Shown here: piece after piece, positions 1 through 12,300 of the stretch
Layout of the letters: each line of letters opens with the position of its first letter
Numbering within the stretch: position 1 is the stretch's first letter
Origin: Squalus acanthias
Taxonomy: Eukaryota
Assembly: GCA_030390025.1 (NCBI GenBank)
Contig: CM059431.1
Span: forward strand, 140,432,001-140,496,000
Reading direction: 5' to 3'
Length of the DNA stretch: 64,000 nt
Made by a program: the position numbers and the translations under genes
The notes under the pieces: model-generated
What the model saw: the letters and a program-made list of their open reading frames with translations, nothing else
Told to the model about the DNA's origin: nothing
Databases searched by the model: none

Positions 1-7
1 ATATAGG

Positions 8-600
8 GGAACACAGTAACTAATGATTATAAATGGGGAACGGTGGATATAGGAGAACTCAGTATCTGTTTAATTATAAATGGGGAAGAGGGGGATTTAG
101 GTGAACACAGTAACTGTTTAATTAGAATAAGAATAAAGTTGAATGTAGTGGAACACAGTAACTCTTTAATTAGGAATAGAATAAAGTTGAATGTAGTGGA
201 ACACAGTAACTCTTTAATTAGGAATAGAATAAAGTTGAATGTAGTGGAACACAGTAACTGTATAATTATAAATGGGGATTGGGGGGATAGTTGAACATAG
301 TAACTGTTTAATTAAAAATGGGGAACACGGGGATTAGGAACAGAGAACGGGGGAACTTAAGGAAATAACCTATATATTTAATTATAAATAGAGAACAGGA
401 ATTTTAGGAGAAAACAGTAACGGTTTAATTAGAAACTGGCCTCATGGAACATAATAACCATGTAGTTAGAAGGAGGACACAGGGAGACATAGTTACTGTT
501 TAATAACAAATAGAATGCACGGAATGTCAGGGAAACACAGTATTTCTTTGATTAGAAACAGAGAAACCCAAGGGAACACAACAACTATTTAATTAGAAAG
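8..600. repeat. Minisatellite built on GAACACAGTAACTGTTTAATTA; 48-bp units at ~103-260, degenerate elsewhere
   Basis: Visible tandem copies; 16-aa periodicity in ORF 43-294. Confidence 0.85.
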
Positions 601-1691
601 CGGGACAGGAGAATCACAACCAAATGGTACTCGATTTGACACAGTAATGTAATGGTTAACCTGTTCATGCCTTTGCTCTCTATATTACATTTTGATATTA
701 CATGATATGGTTGATTACACATCGCCGTCTCACGATTGGAGCTGGGTGCAGATACATCGCTAACTGATAGAATTAAAATCTCTGGCTGCTGCCTGATTCC
801 TGCCTTAAATACAGTTAGTCGTCTGAATCCAGTTAAATGAGAATGTGCCGATTACAAAAAAAAACTGCCCGCAACTCCCCACCACTTCCCAAAGAAGCTG
901 GATGCCAGCCGGATTGGCAGAGCCTGGGATCCACGGGGAAATGAAATCACGTGGCGTTTGGCTTTTTGAACCTCAGGATCACGCGAGACGTTAAAAAGTG
1001 ACGGCTAATGTGGACATTTAATCACAATTAATAAATGAAGCCCATTCACATTTAAAGTACTGAGGCTATTGTTAGATTAAGGTTTTCAACAAGGTTCTTG
1101 AAAATTGTAGTGAGGTGTCATCGGTTTATTGAGCATGCAGTACATGCAATAGTATTAAACAGACACTGAAAAGGCACACATTACAGTCACATCTGATGAT
1201 GGTTGTTTGGGAATTCAAAATGTGTTTCAAATACTCATTACAAGAAGATCGTTTTTATATATTTCTGTCGCTCCCTCTATTTAGAAATCCTCACAATTCG
1301 GTATTACATAAATAAATAATTGTTAAAATTCAACTCAATATATACGGATAATTAATTTACATATATTCATCAATCACGATAGCTTTGCTTACTAAAAAAG
1401 CAGTGTTGCTCCATTGGGCTAATATTTATTTTCACCTTAGTTCGTTATCTTATCGATAGTTTCACCCTTGATCCGTATAATTGCAATTCTAACAAGTGAA
1501 ACTTTGAACGATAAGTCTTGCTTGGTTTCTGTATCACTAATGTCAATTAAAAATGATGATGTATGTCCAGATATTTTCCTTTGCAGAAGGAACACTTTCT
1601 CAAAAGTTATCAAACGATTAAAGAGCTCTGAAACATTATGAATCACTTTGGGATGTCATGTCTTTAATTAAATCTCACATTAAATCTCACC

Positions 1692-4600
1692 GCTGTCCTA
1701 GGGGAAGTGTTTGCTAGTGCTGCTGGGGAGGATTTAAACTAATGTGGCAGGGGGTCGGGAACCTGAGCAGGGAGACAGAGGAAAGCATGTCAGGAAGGGA
1801 CAGAAGGTATGGAGTAAAAGGTAAAGTGTTAAATAAGGAAAAAGCAGGAAGTAAGTGTCGCAAAACACATTTGGAAGTTCTTTATCTGAATGCACGTAGC
1901 ATTCGTGACAAAATTGACGAGTTAACGGCACAAATAACTATGTAAGGGTATGATCTTGCGGCCATTACAGAAACATGGCTGCAGGGTGACAACGTCTGGG
2001 AATTAAATATGCCAGGGTATTTAAGAATCAGGAAGGACAGGCAGGAAGGAAGGGGAGGGGGGGGTGGCTATGTTAATAAAGGAAGGAATCACTGTAATAC
2101 AGAGAAATGATATTGGGTCAAAAGATCAGGATAATGAAACAGTTTGGGTAGAGATAAGGAATAATAAGGGGAAAAAAACACTGGTGGGCGTAGTATATAG
2201 GCCTCCTAATAGTTGCAACTCTGTTGGAAGAAGTATTAATCAGGAAATAGTTGGGGCATGTAATAAGGGAACAGCTATAATTATGGGGTATTTTAACTAT
2301 CATATTAACTGGACAAATCAAATTGGGCAGGGCAGCCTTGAGGAAGAGTTTATTGAGTGTCTTAGGGATGGATTTCTTGAGCAGTATGTAACTGATTCTA
2401 CAAGGGGGCAAGCAACCTTGGACCTAGTACTGTGTAATGAGTCTGGGTTAATTAATAATGTCCTAGTTAAGGATCCCCTTGGAATGAGTGACCATAACAT
2501 GGTTGAATTCCATATCCAATTAGAGGGTGAGAAGGTTGGTTCTCAAACAAGCAGACTGAGCTTGAATAAAGGAGACTATGATGGCATGAGAGCAGAATTG
2601 ATTAAAGTGGACTGGGAAAATAGATTAAAGGGTAAGACGGTACATGAGCAGTGGTGTTCATTCAAGGAGTTATCTTACAACTTTCAAAATAAATATATTC
2701 CACTGAGGAAAAAAGGGTGTAAAAGAAATGACAGCCAACCATGGCTAAGTAAAGAAATTAAAGAAATTATCCAACTAAAAACAAGGACATATAAGGTAGC
2801 CAAAGTTAATGGGAGGATAGAAGATTGGGAAGTCTTCAAAAGACAACAAAAAGTAACTAAAGGATTGATTAGGAAAGGGAAAATAGACTATGAAAATAAA
2901 TTAGCAAAAAATATAAAAACAGATAGCAAGAGTTTCTATAGTTATATAAAAAGAAAAAGGGTGGTTAAGGCAAACGTAGGTCCCTTAGAGGACGAGACCG
3001 GGAAATTAATGGTGGGAAACATGGAGATGGCAAAAATGCTGAACAAATATTTTGTTTCAGTCTTTACGGTAGAGGACACTAAGAATATCCCAACACTGGA
3101 CAAACAGGGGGCTCTAGTGGGGGAGAAGCTAAATTCGATTAAAATCACTAAGGAATTGGTACTCAGTAAAATAATGGGACTCAAGGCGGATAAATCCCCT
3201 GGACCTGATGGCTTACATCCTGGGGCTTGAGGGAAGTGACAGTAGGAATTGTGGATGCTTTGGTAATAATTTTCCAAAACTCCCTGAACTCAGCAAAGGT
3301 CCCGGCAGATTGGAAAACTGCTAATGTAACATCCTTATTTAAAAAGGGTTGTTGGCAGAAGGCTGGAAATTATAGACCAGTTAGCCTAACATCTGTGGTG
3401 GGTAAAATTTTGGAGTCTATTATTAAGGAGACAGTAACGGAACATTTAGATACACATAATTTAATAGGACAAAGTCAGCATGGCTTTATGAAGGGGAAGT
3501 CATGTCTGACAAATTTGCTCGAGTTCTTTGAGGATATAACGTACAGGGTGGATAATGGGGAACCAGTGGATGTAGTGTATTTAGACTTCCAGAAGGCATT
3601 CGACAAGGTGCCACATAAAAGATTATTACTCAAGATAAAAAATCACTGGATTGGGGGTAATATTCTGGCATAGGTGGAGGATTGGTTATCTAACAGGAAG
3701 CAGAGAGTTGGGATAAATGGTTCATTCTCGGACTGGCAACCAGTAGCCAGTGGTGTTCCGCAGGGGTCGGTGCTGGGTCCCCAACTCTTTACAATCTATA
3801 TTAACGATTTGGAGGAGGGGACCGAGTGTAACATATCAAAGTTTGCAGATGATACAAAGATGGGAGGGAAAGTAGAGAGTGAGGAGGACATAAAAAACCT
3901 ACAAGGTGATATAGACAGGCTGGGTGAGTGGGCAGAAATTTGGCAGATGCAATACAATATTGGAAAATGTGAGGTTATGCACTTTGGCAGGAAAAATCAG
4001 AGAGCAAGTTATTATCTTAATGGCGAGAAACTGGAAAGTACTGCAGTACAAAGGGTCTTGGTGCAAGAAAATCAAAAAGTTAGTATGCAGGTGCAGCAGG
4101 TGATCAAGAAAGCCAATGGAATGTTGGCTTTTATTGCTAGGGGGATAGAATATAAAAACAGGGAGGTATTGCTGCAATTGTATAGGGTATTGGTGAGACC
4201 GCACCTGGAGTACTGCATACAGTTTTGGTGTCCATACTTAAGAAAAGACATACTTGCTCTCGAGGCAGTACAAAGAAGGTTCACTCGGTTAATTCCGGGG
4301 ATGAGGGGGTGGACATATGAGGAGAGGTTGAGTAGATTGGGACTCTACTCATTGGAGTTCAGAAGAATGAGAGGCGATCTTATTGAAACATATAAGATTG
4401 TGAAGGGGCTTGATCGGGTGGACGCGGTGAGCATGTTCCCAATGATGGGTGAAACTAGAACTAGGGGACATAATCTTAGAATAAGAGGCTCCTCTTTCAA
4501 AACTGAGATGAGGAGAAACTTTTTCACTCAGACGGAGGTGGGTCTGTGGAATTTGCTACCCCAGGAAGCTGTGGAAGCTACTTCATTAAATAAATTTTAA

Positions 4601-4872
4601 AAAGAAATAGACCGTTTCCTAGAAGTAAAGGGAATCAGGGGTTACGGGGAGCGGGCTGGAAATTGGACATGAGTTTGAGTTCGGATCGGTCAAGGCCCTG
4701 TGGGTGGCGGAGCGGGCCCAGGGGCCGAGTGGCCTGGTCCTGCTCCTACTTCTTGTGTTCTTTAGAGTTGAGGTTGGATCCGATCAGCCATGATCTCATT
4801 GAATGGCGGAGCAGGCTCGAGGGGCCGATTGGACTTCTCCTGCTCCTATTTCTTATGTTCTTATGTTCTTAT
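1692..4872 (+). mobile_element. CR1 LINE, 5'-truncated, nearly complete but disrupted ORF2 (APE endonuclease + RT)
   Basis: Motifs [37 protein letters not shown] and KFADD. Stops at 1943, 3671 and 4598; frameshifts at ~2060 and ~3227; 3' tail of (TTCTTATG)n. Confidence 0.95.
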
Positions 4873-5639
4873 TACGTCGTCCTGAAACTGACCATTGCTG
4901 CAGGGTCAGCCCTGGCCCATCAGCCAGAGCATGCTATTTTGACTGACTTCTCCTTCCCTACTTAACAGGCAAGGGCTAAAGTTTGAAATTACTACAAAGA
5001 AAGAGAAGCCAATACAGTAATACATTAACAGACTTAAGGACAGTCTGATTAACCCTATGCTCCAAGTGCCCCCTCTGTTGGTGTTAGAGAATTTCAGGCC
5101 ATCACTCAACAATATCTCATCAGTATCATGTATGTATCTCGACCGACTCAATTTCGCAGATCTCTACCCATTGGTTGCACACATGTTTTCATTCTCCAGA
5201 GACGAATTAACCATTTTACGCAGTGGTGTTATCAACGTGACTAACCATGTCATGGACCCGTTCCTCTGGGCATCTTCAACAAGTGTGTCACATGCTGGTT
5301 GATTCACGGGCTACACATCACTTTTGCTCACAAAGCGATATCCCAGGATCACCCAGCACAAGATATCCGATACAAGACATCCTTGCCCTTTCTGCAAATC
5401 CATCAATGGACCAGGTGCCCGGAGGTGTTGGAATCTCCCGCTGCATGTCCCGATGTTACAGATCGTGAAAAGCTAACCAATACATTCTCCTAATTGTTCA
5501 GTACAAACAAGGACACAACCATTTTTATCAGAAAGTTTTCAATTAGCCATTTTAACTACACTTTCCTGACTTTTACTATATTGTCTATTAATGCCAGGTT
5601 ATTCAGGTGATTTAAGTAAAACAGGGACGGGAACTGATA

Positions 5640-5950
5640 GATAGTATCAGACTGCTTCCATTAGTTGAGGGATCTGTAAAGAATGGCCATTGATTAAATA
5701 ATAAACGTATGAAATTTAGAACTGAGGGTAGGATGAACCTCTTTACATGGAAAGTTGAGAGACTGTGAATTTAACGGAGGCAGAAATTATATCAATATTT
5801 AATTGTACAAATGGTTGAATACAAATAGGTTGAAGGGATGTTGAGAAAGAGCGGGCACAGTGATTGGAACTAATTGTTAGGGTGGAGGGTAATCGCCGAC
5901 TAGGACTGTTTGGTCGAATAGTCTGCTCCCCTGTCCTAGCACTCCATGTT
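5640..5950 (+). mobile_element. Old CR1 3' fragment
   Basis: Decayed similarity to the CR1 terminal region. Confidence 0.5.
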
Positions 5951-6547
5951 GATGACCCGTTGAAATTTTCAGTAAATATCTGTGAATAAAGATGTCTAAT
6001 GTCACATTGACGAGTCAAGTTCCGAATGTCTCCATCATTAGAAACTGCTCAGGAGACAGGCCCCGTTCTATTGGTCCAGGAGACAATGGGGGGCGGAGTC
6101 TGATGGGGAGACCAGCGCCTGCAACATTCACACCAAGATTGCAGAATTACAAATAACCACCATTATTGCACATTGTTTCTACATTAACGGAAACTGTATA
6201 TATTTATTAAACTGGAGTGTCACATTCCATCCAGTAACTTTTGTGTGAGGCAGTTCACGCTGACGCCCACATGTTCTACTCCACTGCTGAAGCTCAGTCA
6301 TGACTGTTCTCTTTGGATCTTGAGCGGGAAGCGCGCTGTTTTAGCGGAATCCATTCTGTTCACCCTGTGAAAGCAGCAGACATCAAACACACGGCACAAA
6401 GTGGAAGAAACGTTCTCTGATTACTGTTTATTTTAACAACAACAAACCATATCCGTCCTAAAGGACAGACGGCTATTCTAAAATGGAACACCTGCTGTAA
6501 TTTAACTCTAGTTAGGACAGGATGCTTTAGATATTTTTTTGTATTTT

Positions 6548-8232
6548 TTAACCAATTAATGTGCAAGGCCATTTCACCATATTCTTCAGCTCTTCCCTGA
6601 ATTTAGTTTGAGTAGCTGCATAAATACATGTGTTTGTACAGGAGCTCAAATACATGAGCATATATCCGGTTTCAGTGGCAATATCGGCAGGGGCTGCATA
6701 ATCGCCTCGATACTGCGCCGTGTTTGTCAGTCTGGTAGTTAAAAAACTAACGATAGCTGTCAGCCACAACAGTATAAAACTGCCCGATACAGTGAACAGT
6801 AAACTGATGGATTTTCTTCGGTTCTCCATCTCTGGATCGCTCTGATTCTCACTGCTGTGACCCCGGAGTCCCCTGTGGGCTCCACTGGCCACTAAAATGC
6901 GTCTGACTGTCAAACAATTAAATAGTAATATCAAAGCAAAAGCAAGCCAAGCAACCAAAATACTTTCCAACCAGGAGTATGCTGCACCTGCAGGCGATGA
7001 AAAAAACTCCACTCTGGCGCGGCAACCCCAGTGAGCATTGTGAATTATTCTTTCAGGTTCATATGCAAACCAAAAAGGGAGGCTCTGTAAACAGATCAGG
7101 ACAGAGACCGTTGCTATAATCGCGGCCGCAGTTCTCACTGTGCAATACTTTGTTTTAAACGTCTCACAAGATATAGCTACAAATCGGTCAAATGTGAACG
7201 AGACTGTAAACCACACCGACACATACAGGCTGATACATTGCATGTACATAATGATCTTACCGACGGAAGTGTAGGACAGGAAGGAATGTGGAAAGTGATG
7301 ACTGATAATGTGGTTCACTAATATATTGATGATCATGACCAGTAGATCTGCTGTTGCCATGGCCACCATGTAGACAGAGATACATTTGGAAAGGCCGCAG
7401 TTTCCTCTGAAGAGAATCACGATTGTCAGTAGGTTCGCTGTGAGAAATAGGTGGAAGAGATCAGTAACGGGGATACTCGGATACGTCTCACAGCTTATTG
7501 TGGGGAAATGTTCGGTACTGTCCCTATTCTGCGTTATGCGCATAGATTTTTTAACATTAATATAAGCGAGGGTAACGAAACTTTATTTAAAGAAATGCAA
7601 TCATTGAAAGTTCAATATCGAGGGACTGACAATCCGCCGTCCTTGCAGCAAACTTCAGTCAAGTATTAAATATAATTTCACGGCAATTAATGGAAAGATA
7701 TAATTCAAATAACACATTCAGCTGAGATAAAACAGTTCAATTCAGTTCGAAACGCTGCCGAGCGGAGGGGAGCAGCTCCCCGAGCAACAGTTATTTCTCA
7801 ATTTACCTTCCAAAGTCCAGTGTTGGGTGGAGGTGGCTGAAGTGCCAGGAATTATCAACTTAAAATAGACAGAGACAAAGGTACGAAACAGATGATTACT
7901 ATGGGCAATGAGCAACACATTTCTTTAGTGATCTATGTACTGTAGGAGGGGCCGGTGAATCAGCCTCGCCCTCCCTCAGTATAGGGAGGAAGGTTGAGCG
8001 CCCGGTGCCCACGATCGAGCGACCAGAACAGTGCCTCAGCGGCCGCGCGGACGAGTAGCATTCCCGCTGATATTCACCGACTGATCCCAGTGGATAAAAG
8101 ACTCTGCAATGAGGACATTGAGATAGTCAACAGCTATTAGACAACAGAATACATTGACTTACCGGGAATGCCAAAGGCTGCGAGCATATGGTAATAAATG
8201 TCCCTTAGCTGCAGAATTGTCGGCCGTAGCAT
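6548..8232 (-). CDS. Class A (rhodopsin-like) 7TM receptor, GPR139/GPR142-like; two exons join(8232..8163, 7437..6548), 319 aa
   Basis: Exon 1 (70 nt) reads MLRPTILQLRDIYYHMLAAFGIP+G and ends at GTAAGT. Exon 2 follows a pyrimidine tract and CAG and continues in phase (ANLLTIVILFRGNCGLSKCISVYMVAMATADLL...TFDRFVAI...NTCIYAATQTKFREEL) with seven hydrophobic segments and no internal stop. The ORF-track start at 7543 is intronic. Confidence 0.9.
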
Positions 8233-8309
8233 TTTTTTAAGAATGTGTGAATTCTGTCCCGCTTTACGGTTCCGACTGGAGTTTATCTGAGATCCGTAAA
8301 TGCTCCCAA

Positions 8310-8317
8310 TTTATACA
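8310..8317 (-). promoter_or_regulatory. Candidate TATA box (TATAAA) about 80 bp upstream of the GPCR ATG
   Basis: Minus strand reads tttgTATAAAttgg; the paralogue has GATAAATATA at a similar distance (~47588). Confidence 0.4.
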
Positions 8318-8355
8318 AATTTCGCTGCCCCGGTGAGAAAACTTGGTTACACAAT

Positions 8356-9097
8356 GGCCCAGAAATTGATCCCGCGACGCGAGAGTACGCACTGCGTACT
8401 CTCGCGTATTCCCACTCCAATTGCCGGTTTTCTGCATGCCCTGCGCATGCGCTGAAAACCGGCAATTGCTCTTTTGAAAAGGGGGCGGTTCCTCGGTGCA
8501 TCGCGTGCGCGCTACAGGCTGCGCGCACGCTGTGCACTTCATGCTTTGGACGCGCAGGTAAGTACTGAAGATTTTAGAAATGTAAAAAGGAGGAGTAAGA
8601 CCCACTTTTAAGAAGGTAAGTAGTGAATTAAGTATTTTTTTGAATTTTTTTTAACATGTATATCTTTTTTAGAGACTTTAAAGACAGGTAAGTTTATTTT
8701 TATAACTTTTTAAAAGATTTTAAATTTTTTCAAAAATTAATTTTTTTAATTTAAATGGTTAATTTAATTAACTATACTTAATTTATTAATGTGATGGATT
8801 TTTTTTTAATTTAATTGAGGTTTAGCTGTTATTTTGGGGGGGTGTAAGATTCATAGATTACACATCAGTGTGTGAAACTTATGAATGGAAGATGGTGTGC
8901 TGCCATTGGCTCTAACTGAGTCACGTGATCCCACAGCTCGCACGAATTCACTACGCCGCTGGGATACGCAAGCACTGCCCAGCTGATGTCTGGAACATCA
9001 AGTTCGTGCGAGCTGGATCTGAAAAAGCACAAGCGAGGTGAGAGATCGCGGGGAAGCCTTACCCCCGCGGGAACAGAGCGAGATCAATTTCTGGGCC
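8356..9097. mobile_element. Non-autonomous DNA transposon (MITE, PIF/Harbinger-like), 742 bp
   Basis: TIR GGCCCAGAAATTGAT(C/T)-type, 19 of 20 nt matching (GGCCCAGAAATTGATCCCGC vs GGCCCAGAAATTGATCTCGC); 3-bp TSD AAT on both sides; AT-rich core. Confidence 0.8.
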
Positions 9098-9379
9098 AAT
9101 AAGTGTCGTTAGTTACAGTCACTTAACAAACAAGGAGCGATTTTCCACTTCGGGGCGCCCGGGCCGCCACTGGGGAAATTGTGAAGCTCAGTCCATGAAA
9201 CTCCGTCCATGAAAATTATTGAGCGGGAAGTAATCCTAGAGGGAATGTTTTCTGTACATGCCCCCTGAAGGCTGAAAGGAACATCCCTCCCGAACACTGC
9301 GTTAGTTCTGGTGACCTCATTAATTCTCTGAAAACTTCAGTCATCCATTGCATAAATTAAATTTGTTATGTACTGTAAT

Positions 9380-12300
9380 TATTATTAGTGATGACTTGGG
9401 TCGAACATGACTGGTGATGATCCTACTTTAACACTACCAATAATGACCATATTCTAACATTCATGGTGGTAATGTTATTGTAACAATACTGGTGGTGACT
9501 CTACTCCAACATTAGCAGTGGGGACTCTGCTATAACATTACCGGTGGTGACATTAATCTAGCATTACTAATTCTGACCACACTCGAACATTACTGCTGAT
9601 GCCCTACTCTAACATTACTGATGGTGATTCCACTTTAACGTTACTGATGGTAGCTATAAGCTAACATTAATTGTTTTGGCCCTATGGTAACATTACTGGC
9701 GGCAATCCTATTCCAATATTATTGGTGATGACCCTACACTACCATAACTGGCGATGATCCTATTCTAACATTACTGGTGGTGACTCTACTCTAACATTAA
9801 TGGTGATGACATTAGTCTATCATTAATGATGGTGGCCCTACTCTGTCCTAACTGGTGGTGATTCTACACTAACATTACTGGTGGTGACCCGACTCTACTA
9901 TTATTGGCGGTGACCTAACCTAACATTACTGATGGTAATTCTATTCTAACATTACTGGTGATGAACCTAGTCTAACATTACTGGTGGTGAACCTACTCTA
10001 TCATTACTGGTGGTCACCCTACTCTAACATTGCTGGTGTTGACCCTACTCTAACATTACTGTGGTGAATTTACTCTAACATTACTGGCGATGATTCTATT
10101 CTAACATTTCCGGTTTTGATGTTAATTTAATATCAATAGTCGTGAACTGCACTAACATTAGTGATGGTGAATCTATTCTATTTTTACTGATGCTAACACT
10201 ACTAAAACGTTAATGGCAGCAACCCTACTGAAATATTACTTGTGTTTATTCTACTCTAAGACTGACGGTGACCCGAAACTAACATTACTGGTGGTGACCT
10301 TACTCCAATATTATTGGTGGTGCATCTATTCTAACATTATATGTGGTATCCATACTCTGACGTTACTGATGAGTACTGTATTCTAACATTACTGCTGGTG
10401 AACAAACTCGCAAATTAATAGTGTTATTCCTATTCTAACATGGTCGTGAAAATAATCTAACAATTTGGTGGCGTCCCACTCTAACTTTACTAATGGTAAC
10501 TATAAGCTAACATTAATGGTACTGGCCCTATCCTAACATTACTGGCGATGATTCTATTCAAATATTATTGGTGATGACCCTACACTAACATTATTGGTGG
10601 GGATAGTAAACTAATATTAATGGGGGTGATCCTATTCTATCATTATTGGTGGTGAGCCTACTCTAACATTAATGGTGATGACCTGACTCTAACATTACTG
10701 ATGGTGACCCTACTCTAACATTACTGGTGGTGACCCTACTCTAACATTACTGTTGGTGACCCTACTCTAACATTATTGGTAGTGTCCCTACACTAACAAT
10801 ACCAGTGTTGACCCTACATTAACATTACAGGTGGTGACCCTACATTAACATTACAAGTGGTGACCCTATATTAAAGTTACTCGTGGTGACCCTACTCTTT
10901 TATTACTGCTGCTGAACCTATCTAACATTAATGGTGGTGACCCTATTCTAACATTACTGGCGGTGACCCAACCCTTACATTACTGGTGATTACCCGACTC
11001 TATCATTACTGGTGGTGTCTCTACTCTAATATTATTGGATTTGATTCTATTCTAATATTACTGGTGACGACGCTACTCTAATATTAGTGTTGATGACCGT
11101 TCTCTATCATTACTGGTGATGCCCATACTCTAACATTGCTGGTGGTGACACTACTCTAACTTTACTGGGGGTGTCTCAGCTCTAACATTATTGGCAGTGA
11201 TTCTATTCTAATATTACTGGTGATGACCCAACTCTAACATTACTGGTGAGGACCCGACTCTAACATTACTGATGATGACCCTATTCTAACATTACTGGTG
11301 ATGACACAACTCTAATATTACTGGTGAGGACTCTACTCTAACATTACTCGTGATGACTCTTCTCTAACATTACTGGTGATGACACTACTCTAATATTACC
11401 TGAGATGACCCTACTCTATCATTACTGTTGGTGACCCTACTCTATCGTTAATGGTGGCGACCCTACTCTAACATTACTGGTGTTGATGTTAATTTAACAT
11501 CAATAGCCGTGACCCCGCAATAATATTATTGATGGTGAATCTACTCTCATTTTACTGCTGTTGACGCTCCTAAATTGTTAATCGCAACAACCCTACTGTA
11601 ATATGACTTGTATTTATTCTACACTCAGACTGATGGTGACCCGAATCTAACTTTAGTGGTGGTGTCCTTACTCCAATATTATTGGTGTGCTTCTACTCAA
11701 AAAATACATGTGGTTTTCACATTCTGACGTTACTGATGATTATTGAACTCTTACATTACTGCTGGTGATCGCACTATAAAATAAATAGTGTTAAAATTAT
11801 TCTAACATGGTGGTGATAATAATCTAACAATTTGGCGGCGGCCCACTCTAACTTTACTGATGGTAACTATACACTATCATGAATGGTGTTGGCCCTATCC
11901 TATCATTACTGGCGGTAATCCTATTAAAATATTATTGGTGATGACACTACACTAACATTACTGGCGGTGATCCTATTCTATCATTAATGGTGGTGACGCT
12001 ACTCCAACATTAATTGTGATGAACGTTATCTAACATTACTGATGCTGGCCCTACTCTATCATTACTGTTGGTGAACCTATTCTAACATTTCTGATGATGA
12101 ACCTGCTCTAACATTACTGGTGGTGACCCTACTCTAACATTACAAGTGGTGGCCCTATTCTAACATTAATAGTGCTGACCCTACACTAACATTACTGCTG
12201 GTCACCCTACTCTATCCTTACTGGTGGTGACCCTACACTATCATTACTGGCGTTGACCCTACTCTAACATTACTTGTGATGACCCTACTCAAACATTACT

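Noticed and set aside
1692..4872. Young CR1 pair as outer arms of the inverted duplication
   Set aside because: They are far more similar than the arms, and their flanks and truncation points differ.
7438..7543. N-terminal 35 aa of ORF 6548-7543
   Set aside because: Intronic read-through; the real N-terminus is the spliced exon 8232-8163, which matches the paralogue.
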